A stretch of 64,000 nucleotides of DNA. Source: the human T2T-CHM13v2.0 reference genome, Homo sapiens. Made by a program: the position numbers and the translations under genes. The stretch lies in the NCBI RefSeq assembly GCF_009914755.1, contig NC_060932.1; one strand, 5' to 3'. Positions 49,177 through 64,000 of this stretch are shown piece after piece; within the stretch, counting starts at the first letter, position 1; each line of letters begins with the position of its first letter. A model generated the notes under the pieces. It worked only from the letters and a program-made list of their open reading frames with translations. It ran no database searches and had not been told where the DNA came from.

Positions 49177-49848
49177 CTAAGTTAAGATACTATCAAAGTG
49201 GACATAAAGGGGAGGAATTAAATTTGAGAGAAACAATTAAATTTGAAAGATATTTGGAATGTTGTGGTAATCACTTGAATGGAAGAGATAGGTGGAAATA
49301 AGAGACAGAGTAGAGTCAAGGATAAGTTTCGGCTTAAATACCTAGGTATTAAGGGTACATAGGACTGATGTCAGCCTTTGGTTATCTCGGACATGAAGGA
49401 TTACAATAGCTGAGTCATCAAAGGCTGATTCAGTCCCTGACATGACTCCTAGCTGTTCATCTTTGAAACCAGTAATGAAATGGCTTTTGGCCCCTTAAAA
49501 CTGAGACCTTTGGAAGAGTGCTGAATAGGTATGAATCAGGTTTCATAGGCAGGAGCTCCTGGGGTTTCAACATCAGCGTTCTGGAGGATGCATGCTTGAT
49601 TTTATTGCTTTTGATACTGTTTTTCACTCATGCTTTTTAATGACTCTGTAATCATGTGTATGTTTTATGTTTCACCTTGAGAATGGCTGTTATACTTAGC
49701 ACTTTATATCTTCAAAGAATTCAGCAATATTAAATAATCTGCATAATATCTCTGTGAGTTTATAGGTGGGGATTATTGCTCCGTTTTTCAGGTGGGAAAA
49801 CCCAGAGATATTCGGTGACTTGGCCAAGGCTATTTAGCCTTACATTGA

Positions 49849-50177
<329 letters not shown>

Positions 50178-50539
50178 AAATCTGCAGTTTCTTCATTTTA
50201 TCACACTTACACTAGAAGTTTAATGTCCATCTTATTATGTCACGTTTGCTTTTTCACTTACTTATTCAAAAATCTCAGCATTTAGATCTAGAAAAGGACA
50301 TACAAGATACAGAAAAGAGTGGAGGTGACCAAATGACTAACCTGGCACATGGGGACAGGAGGAGTGTAATGTCACTAGTTCTAAACTAAAAGATTGTTTC
50401 TTTTCCAGTGGTGCTATGACATCATTTCCGCTAACAGACCAGTCAGTCATTGTGTTACATAGCATCCTGTGACATTGTAGTATAACCTTAACACTTTATA
50501 CTGCCACAATAAAACAGTTATAGAAATTGCCTTATTATG

Positions 50540-50575
50540 TATATATATATCCCAGCTACTTGGGATATATATATA

Positions 50576-50608
<33 letters not shown>

Positions 50609-50764
50609 TATATATACACACGTATATATATATACACACACACGTATATATATACACACGTGTATATATATACACACACGTATATATATACACATATATA
50701 TACACACGTATATACACACACACACATATATAGACACACGTATACGTGTGTGTATATATATATA
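50540..50764. repeat. Compound (TA)n/(CA)n/(CACGTA) microsatellite
   Basis: Mostly alternating purine-pyrimidine tract seen directly. Confidence 0.95.
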
Positions 50765-52369
50765 AAAGGCTGTGTAATACGGTGGAAAGAGAACTGACTT
50801 GGGAGCTAGGCCAGGGTTGAAACCCCTCCCAAGAGGGAGCTGGGTGACACGGGGCAGGATCCTGATTCTGCAGCAGTGTGGAAAGGATTAGATCTTGATG
50901 TATGTCAGCCGCCTATCATAGAACCTGACAGTTACTGCTTCATAAATGGTTGTTGTTACTTTTATTCTCATTCAGAGACAAAGTATAATACTGAAAAGGC
51001 CAGTGACTTCCTTGTTGAAAGTCAGGACCAGGTAAATTCAACTGTTGAGGTGTTACAGCCTATTAAAGACGCCAGTGAGACATTTTGGTATTGAGTCAAC
51101 CAGATACTGATACCATCCCTTGTTCACTGACAAATATGGGAAGGTAATTTCAGTAGGTCAGCCATCAGTGTGTGCCTTCCAAAACATTATAGTCATGTTA
51201 CAGTAAACTTTTTATATTTGTTGCATCACAAAGATTTATTGAAGTGATAAAAGTTATTATGGAAAACAGTGTGCGGTAACTATGGTAACAGTTATTTGAT
51301 CTCACAGTAATTAGCTAAGCATTTAGTTGCACAATACTTTCACAATGCCTTCCTGGTTAGTTCATTAAACAAAATTAGCTTTTGTTTGAACTGCCTTCCT
51401 ACAGCGTCCTAAATTTGATTTTAGTTCAAAGGAATTGGAAAATGTATTTTAAAACTACCTTTCCAACTTACAGTTTATGGACATATTTGAGGTTGCAACT
51501 GGCTTTTATTTAATTCTTTATTTATACTACACTATGATAACGATTCACTGGATTATCATCTGAATTTCTCTTGGAAATGACCTAAGAAATGAACAGTAAA
51601 GTTGGAGACCAGTGCCTTAATTATGGCCCTGTTCCTCACTCATATTGCAGATTGGGGTCAACAGGTGTCCTTCTTAAGACTTTGTTTTTATACCTGTGAG
51701 TTTGGGGTGCTGTATAAATGTTAGAGTCCCAGGATCACACAAGTGGAGTCATTTCTTGATCATCTGCATACCTCCTGCTGGGACCTGGAGCTAGCAGGTG
51801 CCCAGGCTTTTTCTAAAGCCTCCCTCCTCCAGGTGCCTCCTCTGCCCTGCTCAGCATAGCTTGTGCTGTGTTTAGCACCTCTTTTTGCAAGGTGGAATGT
51901 GCTGCAGATGATTCACCTAAATGATGATGTCATCCTCAGAGGACTTCAGAGCTCTTGAGACAAGGGCCTCTCAGACTGTTTCTACTCTGCACCCACTCTC
52001 CACTCACTCCCAGCAGACAGGGAAGCTTAACCCGTACTGCTTGGCAGATTGGAGATCCCAAGCACAAAAGAAAGCTTCAAGCATTCAAGATTTTGAAACT
52101 GAAAAATACAGAAAATGAAACAAAAAAAAACTTTTTAACTTATTTACTAAACATGAAGGGGTTCCAAAGTAAATTAGTGAAACAGGATTTTTTAAAATCC
52201 AATCAATGTTCCTTGTATTAATTTCATTTTAATTCCTGTCACCTCAGTGATTTTTTTTTAGTTCATTTAATTATTTTTAAAATAATACTAGCTTTTAAAA
52301 ATGAATTGCTTTCTGAGTTGTGAGTCAAGCTCTTCTCTCAGTTAACTCCATGTCACCTACCAGTTTTCA

Positions 52370-52989
<620 letters not shown>

Positions 52990-55342
52990 TCAGCTGATAT
53001 CAAGGCCCCTAAAACTCTTCACACCCCCCTTCCATATCCTTTTCCTGTCCATAGGAGAATGTCTTTCTCTCACTCCATTTGGAAAACATTTGATGTCCTT
53101 TGATGCAACTCTCATTTCAGCTTCTGTGAAACTTTCTGAATTTCCCTCACACTTCATCCCGTCTTCTAGCCCTCTCATGTCATTTGTACCTAATTCTTAG
53201 CCACACATCATTATTCATTATAATTTGTGGTTAAAAACTATCTTGCCGAGTGGGCTATGAACTCCACTAGAGAAGTGCCACTCTTTATTCTTCCCTGTAC
53301 CCTCCCATGGTATCCAGCAGGTAAGAACGTGCCCTGTGGATAGCCAACCAAACCACTGAGTTCTCTTCCTCTTACTGCCCTCTAACTTCCTGAATTCTAC
53401 TCATTTGTATTTCCTCGTTGGCTGCCCAGCCCAGCCACACTGGATAATCACCCTCCCAACTCTCCCAATTTTGATTCCTTTTCTCTAGACCTAATGTTTT
53501 ATGTAGGGACCTCTAGCCACTTCAGGGAAAGAGGAAACGAAGTACTATTTATTGAGTCACCTAATGTGTTTTCGATGCCGTATGAGGTGTTTTGCTGATT
53601 TCCACAATCCTATGAATAAATACTAATATCCAGATTTTTTTTTGTCATGAGAGGCTAAGGTTCAGAATGATTAAGTGACATAATGAGCTAGTAATTGTAA
53701 GAGCTGGAATTCAAACCCAGAACGCTCCGCCTGCAAAACCCAAGTGTCTTCACTTTTTCCAGTCCAATAACTCTGTTATGTCTTTAGCCCGACCTAAATT
53801 CCAGCCTTAGCCAATGTCTTAGAGTAGTCACTGGCACCCTATATTCCTTTGATCTCATGGCCTTCTGTGCCATCAGTCAGCCAGAGGTCTGCCCCCCGCA
53901 CTGGGTCTTCTGTCCTGCTGTAGTGCTCAAGATGTCTGCCAAAGAAATTCAGAGATTCTTCCAGAAGTGGCTTTTTACAAAGACAGGATACTCAATTACA
54001 TTTAGACAAAGAATGCCCAGTCCACCACTCACATAGCACCCCAGCCCCTGTACTGCCCAGGGCCAGCATTGACAATCATGAGTACATTCTCAATATAGCC
54101 TTCCAGGAAGCCCTTAGCCAATCAAACAGAATGGAAACCATAGATTAAATCTGTTTCCCACTCTGATTTGCTTCCAACTTGCTGTTGCTGTGTAGTTTTC
54201 CTGCCCTTCTTTGTTGGTCTTACCATGCATTCTTCCCACCCTAAAACCCCTCTTCCTTACTCCAGACTAACTGGAGGACTGATTGTATTTTACTTTGCTT
54301 ACTGATACCTTTTGCTTTGCTTTTTCTCACACTAATTTTTCTACTTGGCCTACCTTCCTCCTATCACTGATTGTAGAATAATTAATAATGGAATAGCCTC
54401 ATTTGAGTATAAACTTCATAAAGGCAGACGCATATGGTTATTATATCTGATTGTATATACAGTCCCTCATAGAGTGTCTGACTTATGGTAGAACCTCCAT
54501 GAACCTTTGAATAAAGAAGGAAGGAGAAAGGGAAGGAATGGTGGATTTGGCACAGGTATTATACTATATACAGATGTATTTTTGTTTGTTTCATCCTAAT
54601 AACCCAATGAAGTTAGTGTTATTCCTGTTACAGACAAGCAAATGGAATCTCATAGAGGTCACTCTGCTAGTAAGTGGAAGAGCTTCCTGTTTTTCACTGA
54701 CCTGCCAAATGCCATCTCTTCTGGAAAGCCTTTTATTATTCCCCCACCTTGACCACTGCATTGCACAACTGTGGGGGACACCATTCACATAGATGACAGT
54801 GTGAATGGCTCCCCCTGGAGTTGTGTGGTTGGTGGCCTTGGTAATAACTTGTTCACTGGTGTTCTGATGGCGCATGAGATCTTTCTTACAGCAGTGTTCA
54901 TACTCTGCCTTGTATCCTGTACTCAAGTCCTATTTCCTCTACTAGGTTATGAATTCCTTGAAGGAAGGAAAAGTGCTTTCTTCATCTTTGTGTCCTCTGC
55001 CAGTAACACACAAAGGGATTGTTGAATGGTCAGATATCCTATCTGCTGGTTTACTGAGTTTGAGGCTCTGTGACATGGGTTTATCAACCATCCTTTTCCT
55101 CACCTAGGCTTCCCTCCCCCTGTGCTCACCCTGCATCATTCTTGCTAGCTCCTGAGAAAGGTATCTCCTCCTCAAGTCACCTCTCTGAAGTCAAGGCCAT
55201 GATATTCATTAGGCACTAGAGGCACAATGACTAAATAATATGGTACTTTTCAGGACCTAAACAATTTTAGAGATCTCAAAAGAAAATGGCTTTAAAACAC
55301 AAAAAGGCACAGGATTGAATATAAGTGTTTGCACAAAGGTAA

Positions 55343-55676
<334 letters not shown>

Positions 55677-56086
55677 TGTCATCTTCTTTAAATGTTAAAT
55701 TTAGCAGTCATTACTGAGAAATCATAGAAAACTGTAAATTAAATGAATAACCAGCTACCAAATAATTTTTTTAAAAAGATGCAAAAATTCTTTCAAAAAT
55801 GTTTTGGGCAGAAAGTTATTTTTAATTGGGTATAAATACAACTTTTAATATGTTAGATATGGTATCAGTGGGAGAGCCTCCAGAAAACGAACATACTTGG
55901 GATCCTTAAAATAAACTGTCTGGGTCCAAAATGCTGTGCACATAGCCCGTGAAATATTTGCTGGATTTTAATTGATTATAGTTAAATGATGATGGTCTTT
56001 TTTGTTGTGGAAGGAAGGAAGCATGGGTATTTTACATTATTATTTTGTTTTGTTTTCTTTTATTTATAAAAAGAAAAAGGAGTTAA

Positions 56087-56407
56087 GGGAATTTTCCCAG
56101 CTTAGGTGGAATGAGTGCCACATTCCTGCGGAGATATTGAGCAATCTTTGGGGCCCTTGAATGGCACCAGTAAGGCCCTTCAGAGCACTCTGTCCTGGCC
56201 CTGCTCTTAGGTTTGCTTGCCACGCTGTCTGGTTCCTTCAGAATGTAGGAAGTTGGGGGTGGCACAGAAGCCCCAAGGGCAGTATGCTAGTGCAGAGGAA
56301 GCGAAGGCAAGCCATTGCCAGGTGCTGCCAGCAGAGCAGAGCGTGTGCTTTCGTGAGGCATGAGGGAACTGACCTTTCCACTTGCCCTTCACACTCAGGG
56401 TGACTCA
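56087..56407. promoter_or_regulatory. Candidate enhancer (NF-kB-like, TEAD pair, AP-1)
   Basis: gggaattttccc 56087; GGAATG 56108 and CATTCC 56121; TGACTCA 56401; locally GC-richer non-repeat DNA. Confidence 0.35.
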
Positions 56408-59309
56408 AAGTGCTGACCTATTGTTTTAGGTACTGATTATACAGCGAACATGTTGATGATATGGTAGAGGTGTTTCCTCAGCAATGAGTGTTGAATGTTT
56501 AAAGTCAAGTAGATTTTTGGTATGCTTTTGCTTTGGTCAAGAGGGTCTTCTTTTTTCTTTCTTTTTGTCTTTTGGATATTGTTTTGGTTTTCATTCTGTA
56601 GTATAAATTGCAGTCCCAGAAGCTGAAATTCACTTCCACCTGTTCAAAAATTGCTGTAGACTTTAGTGCTTTTACTAACTATGCATAATATTGATATGCC
56701 CTTGCTGCTGAAATTTTATATCTAAGATTATCTTCCTATTATCTAGCCAGGATTCAACTCACACCGAGAACCAGGATGGGATTGGAATTAAGGCACATTC
56801 AGCTGGAGGTTAGAGCCATAGTCAAATGTGAAAATATAAAGCATATTAAATATATTGTGTTTGTATAATCATTATATTAGATCAGCTATAACCACCACGA
56901 GGGGAAGTTTTTTAAATAAGTGGATTTATGTTATCTGCCATCTCCAAAAGTTTAGAGTTGCCAGTTAAATACATATATATTTTTCAAAGGAAATCATCAA
57001 AAAGGACATTCCACTCTTATTACAAAGCTATGTCGGATAAATATTTTGATAGATGTGGTTCCGTGCACCTGGGAGCTGAGACGTGGCTGAGCCTGGAGCA
57101 GTTAGCACAGATGGAGCACTGAGATATAGCAAGGGTTGGGTTTTTTCTTATATATATTGCAAATGGTTGATTGAGATAGCATGAACATTACATTTTCCAT
57201 GCCACTCAGAAAAGTAGCTTCCTTATGAGAAATGATCTTCTTATTTAAGAATGATAATGATAATGACCATACTAAGACTTTTCTCACAAGTAAATGTATA
57301 ATGGGGTATGTTACAATATGAGCGTTTTGTTAAATAAGAGTACTAATTAGAAGCAATTCAGTAGACTGGGGTAAGTAAGGTCAAGTCTGCTTAACTTTGT
57401 GTCGGATATAATGTAAGTGTTTGGGGCTAGGATATTTACTGGTCCTAAGTGGCAAAATGCGAAAGATAGAAATGCATTAAGATAGAAAGGTTGCTACTTT
57501 GATTTTTCTCTTTTTTGAATCCGAGTTGAATCATAACTTATAATTTATTAAAATAATCAAGTGTGTCATCTTGATTATTAGGAAATAAGCATCCATATTT
57601 AAAATGTTGACTGTTCATACTTGCCTATCTCCTTAGTGGATGGATTGCTTGTTAAGTGACATTATAAAATCATAACACTTTTTCCCCCTTTGAGCCTTAA
57701 GTTTGCCCTTAAGAAGGTGGCATTATTTTCATTCCTTTGTTATTAGCAGAGGAATGACTTAGTAACCCCAGCGCAGTCATCTATCCTCTCTATCAATGAG
57801 TAAGAAATAGTGTGAACCACGTAACAATGTGCATGTTTTTTATTTGTCATTTTTTGTTTTCCTTTTGGACTATAAATTCCTCGAGGGCAGGGACCATCTT
57901 TATGTTCTCATCTAGTGGTTATCAACCAAATGTTGGAGGACTCACTGCCAAGAAAGTGATGATTTTCTTTAACACCCCAAAAGCTGTCAGTAAACAAATG
58001 GAAAAGATGATTTTTTAAAGCTGCCTTTATTAACATAAGCAAGAACGTGGATAATATGAGCTAGTTAGAAGAGTTACAGCTCCCTCTTCCCTGCCTTTGC
58101 TGGAAGTTGGTTCATTGTAAACTTAGTCTTGTGTTTATAACTAGAGAGAAACAGACCCAAATACATCCTCAGAGAGAGATTCCATAAATTCAGCAACTGA
58201 ATTTGATTTTCCAGAGTGTTTCTAAACTAATGAAATGTCCTTTCTAAAACATTTACCTAAAATGTTCTATGGTTGCAACATCTGCTAAGCCTATTACATT
58301 CTTTTATTAAACAGTTTTACTGTCCTCTGTGCAAACTGCTTATTTGAAGCAATAAAGCTGAGTTGACTCTGGACTTTCTAACAAACAGGATTGTTTTTTA
58401 ACAGTGAGAAAAACTACATATTCACTATCATCATACTTAGTTTTGAAACCATCTGTTCAGAAATGATCCTATTAATTTAAAAAAGAAAGTATTTGAAGTC
58501 CAGCTGATTATAATAAAAGTGATACTGATTCTAGCAATGCTTTTGACCTCTCATACACCTTTAGTTCTTTTGTTTGGGTCCCAGACAGGAGAAAGCCTTT
58601 AAATGTCTATAGATTCTTTAAGACATAGGAGTCAATAACGATTCACTGACTAATGGAGGAAATATTTTTATCACATAAGATTCAAAGTTTGGTAAGGGAA
58701 ATCTCATTATAAACTGGTGTAGTTAATCTGTAACTATATTTGGATTGAATAAACATGTTAGTAATTTCTCAAATGCATACTTGCCTCCCTGCCTGCTGCC
58801 CTACAAACCTACAGTCTTCCTGAATGGTAGCACAGCTGCACAGACCACAGAGGTTTTCAGGAAGAAAACTCTGCCTGCCTATCCAGAATGGGTCGGTGAA
58901 TGCAGATGTCACCTTTTCTTTTTTGTCTACAACTTTTGTGACAGTTATAAGCCGATTAAGATAGCTTTAAAGCGTTCAGACTTTGCCACTGACTGTCTTT
59001 CTTCCTTAAAACACATGAGAAAGTTATAGCTAGCTCTTTTCCCAACTGTGCAGAACACTGCAAACAACAGCATGGGTTATTCATCTTGAAGCCCATTAAA
59101 AGGATGTTGGCCCAATTTGTAATTTTTGTGGTAGTGCTTTAATATTGGAGACATTCTAGTTTTGGAGACAAAATCAATTTGAGATGGATCTGTCAGTTTA
59201 CTTTGTCAACTGAGGCAAAGATAAAAGTTCAGTCACTAAATGACTAAAATTTCAACACATTATACAGCAAGGTTGCCAGAGGAGATCACTGGGTGTATCG
59301 AGAGGGTGA

Positions 59310-59603
<294 letters not shown>

Positions 59604-59607
59604 GTAA

Positions 59608-59740
59608 CTTTTTTTTTTTTTTTAAAGAGATGGGGTCTTGCTATGTTGCCCAGGCTGTTGTCAAACTCCTGGCCTCAAGCAATCCTCCCACTTCTGCCTC
59701 CCAAAGTGCTGGATCACAGGCATGAGCAACCACAACTGGC
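59608..59740 (-). mobile_element. Alu left monomer (FLAM-like)
   Basis: PolyT + agagatggggtcttgctatgttgcccaggctg; gggtgattt flanks this monomer plus the preceding Alu. Confidence 0.85.
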
Positions 59741-59814
59741 TAAGTGGGTGATTTAAGAATCTTAGAAGGCTCCAATATACTTCCTAATCTCCCTCCATGC
59801 TCTGTCTAGCTCGT

Positions 59815-60390
<576 letters not shown>

Positions 60391-60811
60391 CTCCACTTAC
60401 TCCTTCGATTTAAGAGTTAGAACTTGTCCTTTTGGCTTGGGGCTTTTGTCTTTTAATTTTCAAACGGCTGTAACCTGGAGAAAGGCTGTACTTCAGACTG
60501 TGTCAATGAAGAGTTGGTAATTTCCACTGAGTTCAATTCAGGACAGTTACTCCCCGTTGTCTGTGTATAATATACTGTGCTTGGGCACCAGTAATAATGC
60601 TACACAGCTTATCCCTTCAAAGTATCTGTTGACTGTGCAAGAGCAGTGTTCCCTGACACCAGTGACCTGTGTTATACACAATGCCATGTGTAACACAGTG
60701 TACAGCCCTACTGGGCAGTTCTGGACTCCACTTGAAAATATTTTTACCGAAATTATGGATGGAAACTATGAGAATCGTTCTGATGAGGGCATCTATGCTA
60801 ATTGTAGGAAG

Positions 60812-61070
60812 GTAGTCTAGCATAATTGTTGAAAGAGCAAGTCATAAAGCCAAACTGCCTGGATTAGAATCTTAATTGTGCTTCTTGACAGCTGTGTGAC
60901 CTTGGGTATATTATGTAACCTCTCTGTGGTTTCATTTTTCACATCAGTAAGTGGAAAGAGTAATAATATCTACATCATAGAGTTATGACAATGATTAAAT
61001 ATGACAACCTTCTATATAAAGCTCTTAGCACAAGGTCTGATATATAGTAAATGCAAAGTAATTATTAGCC
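60812..61070 (+). mobile_element. MIR, near full length
   Basis: gctgtgtgaccttgggtatattatgtaacctctctgtggtttcatttttcacatcagtaa. Confidence 0.85.
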
Positions 61071-61096
61071 ACTTCTGCTGCTATTGTTTTTAATTA

Positions 61097-61392
<296 letters not shown>

Positions 61393-61734
61393 AGAATCAA
61401 GAGATCTTGGTTTGGGCACCCATTTTGCCTCTTAGTGTCTCTAACCAACTGGAAACTGCTTAATTAACCTCTGTGAATATCAATAAGATCAGGATAACAT
61501 GAAGATGAAATGCAATTATGTATCAAGACACATAAAGCAATGCACAAATGAAAGGTATTGTTTGGTAGCGGGGAGGGCTGTCCAGCTGGGGAGGGGGCAG
61601 TGCCCTCATGACACAGCACAGTCAACATGTAGACCCTAGAGGAACCCAGGGCCCATTTTGCCTCTTTGTTTCAACTCAGGCATTTGATCCACAGCAAGCA
61701 TTGGACTATTACTGGCTTTAGAATGACTCAAGTA

Positions 61735-62032
61735 GGCCGGGCGCAGTGGCTCACGCCTGTAATCCCAGCATTTTGGGAGGCCAAGGTGGGCAGATCACAA
61801 GGTCAGGAGATGGAGACCATCCTGGCTAACACGGTGAAACCCCGTCTCTACTAAAAATACAAAAAAATTAGCTGGGCGTGGTGGCGGGCGCCTGTAGTCT
61901 CAGCTACTTGGGAGGCTTAGGCAGGAGAATGGCGTGAACCTGGGAAGCAGAGCTTGCAGTGAGCTGAGATCACACCACTGCACTCCAGCCTGGGCAACAG
62001 AGCGAGACTCCGGAAAAAGAAAAAAAAAAAAA
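61735..62032 (+). mobile_element. AluY
   Basis: ctggctaacacggtgaaac, gaatggcgtgaacc; perfect TSD agaatgactcaagta. Confidence 0.93.
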
Positions 62033-63569
62033 GAATGACTCAAGTAAACATTTAGAGAGTAAAAAAAAAAAGAAAAAAAATTTTAAGTTCTGCCACTTTG
62101 TTAAAAAAAATACCCCTGAAAGACAGAGTATGTCTTCGACTCTCACAAGTCCTTTATTAGACTTGCTTTGGAAGAGTTCCAAACTGTGGCTGAGAGGATG
62201 GCATACTGAGGCACAGCTAAGGCTGCCATCCACTTCAGAGAAGGAGGGATTCTAGCGGAGTCACATGGGGGTTTGAGACTGACCAACCCATTGGTCTTTG
62301 TTTCAGAAATGAGGAAACAGAACCAGAGAGGTTCTATCCTTATCGAGGATTGTTCAACTGCTGACCTTTCCCCTACCCTAAGATACTTAGACTCAGCTGT
62401 ATTCAGGATTTTCAGTTCTTTCTCTGATTTCTCACATTTTCAAAGATATGCCATTCAGATTTGTTTAGGTATTTTTAAATCACTTGGAAGAAAATGACAT
62501 AGTGGATCTGAGAGCACTTACAGCATTTCTGCACCATGTTCAGTACTTGAATCTGAATCTAAAGAGAGGGCTTTATTGGATCACTATTCTGGGATAATAT
62601 TGAAATAACAACTAATAACAATAACAACAATTTTTGTTTTGTGAAAAAATAATACAACCAAATGAAAATAGATTAATCAAAACAGTGAAAACCCTGTCCC
62701 CTTTTCTGAGCTTATGAAAAGAGAACCTAATTAGTAGGCATTCTTTTTATAGCTAATGTGCTAATTGCCTCAGAGATAACACCTGTGTAATTTATTTTTA
62801 AAAATCTTACGAAAATCTACATTTTAGTGAGATTCTAGGAAAGAATAGCAACAGCTGGGCCCACATCTGTTTGAATGATGCGGCATGAAAAGGATTCTAA
62901 ATATAGTCTGAATTAGAGGCAAATGTACTTTCATGCTGTAGTACAAAGTATCAGTTGAACTAGATCTGAAGGAGCTTATCATTAAAATAACCTAAAACTA
63001 AAATGGTACAGTTTGCTTTGGAAAGCAACAAATATTTACCTTAAGCAGTCTTTGTTAGCAAACTTGAAATATAACTGGTCCATTCCCACTTGCCAGATGG
63101 AGAGAAAGATTATACCAGAGCTTAGGAGAATAAAAATAAGTCACATCGACACAAGAAAGTGACTTTTTACAAGAAGTTTTCATCACATTCAGTGGCTTGG
63201 GGTGCCTTGTTTCTATTTTTCTTAGTTCTTGAATTTTATAGAGCCTGAGTTAGCAGCTCTCAACAGCTCTGCCTTCCTCCCTCCTCCCCTCCCTCCCTTC
63301 CTTCTTTTAACAAATACTTACATGCCCATTCTGTGCTGGGTATTTTTTGTATATACCCAGATAAGAATAGGGTAGCCATAGTTTCTGCTCTAATAGGGTT
63401 TTGAAGACTGACATAACAGATGTTTTACTTTAAACATGTGCATTTAGGTAACACTGTACCTATAAAGCTCTTAGTGTCTGGCACATAGTAAGTATCAATA
63501 AATAACAGCAACATGTGAAAACAGTACAAGAATCTGTGAAACCTGTAATAGCAGACCCAATATAATAGC

Positions 63570-63825
63570 TAGCATTTATTGAGCACCTACAGTATGCTAA
63601 GAATTCTTCATACACACGCACACACACACACACACACACAAAGCTATACACACAGTTGTATTTAATCGTTACAGCATTCCAAGGGTACATCATATTACCC
63701 CAGTTTACAGATGAGGTAACTGAAGCTTGGTGAGGTTGAGTTGTCCAAGGTCACATGTATGTCTCAGTGACTGTGCCAGGATTTGAATTCAGGTTTGACC
63801 TGACCAAAACTTGAGCCCTTGGCCA
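63570..63825 (-). mobile_element. MIR containing a (CA)n microsatellite (~63612-63640)
   Basis: gcatttattgagcacctac; ccccagtttacagatgaggtaactgaagct; ggatttgaattcagg. Confidence 0.85.
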
Positions 63826-64000
63826 TTAGGATGTACCTTGGAATCCCATTTTTACAGCCTCCATTGCCACACACTACCCCCGAGAACAGTCCACTAGCAG
63901 CACTTGTTTCCCTACCCTCCAGTGCCTGGGAGAGTTAATTTGCACACCACTGTCAATACCTTACCTTCAGGGCCCCTTCTCAGGATCACAAGACTACCAG

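Noticed and set aside
50447-50739. Y/I/V/C-rich ORFs on both strands
   Set aside because: Produced by the TA/CA microsatellite.

Overview
Primate (human-like) genomic DNA, AT-rich, with no CpG island and no protein-coding exon I can recognise. It reads like the interior of a large intron or an intergenic region; the host gene cannot be named from the sequence. About 44 Alu elements (J, S and Y ages, many with readable target-site duplications) account for most ORFs in the ORF track. Older repeats include L1M, L2, MIR, a MaLR LTR and DNA transposons (Tigger4a, MER1B, MER96B, MER102, MER104-like, and a Charlie-type hAT fossil that still shows transposase motifs). There is one full-length 7SL RNA retropseudogene. 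The most unusual signals are: (i) two independently inserted AluY copies 14.5 kb apart that share a 169-bp patch of private variants, suggesting gene conversion; (ii) two local non-tandem duplications (93 bp and about 313 bp), the larger with iterated micro-repeats at its junction; (iii) an Alu 16-mer embedded in a TA palindrome; (iv) repeat-free islands with CTCF, E-box and TEAD/AP-1 motifs and one 104-aa non-repeat ORF. I found no evidence of a new multi-gene system. Repeat family names come from recalled consensus sequences, and repeat boundaries are approximate.
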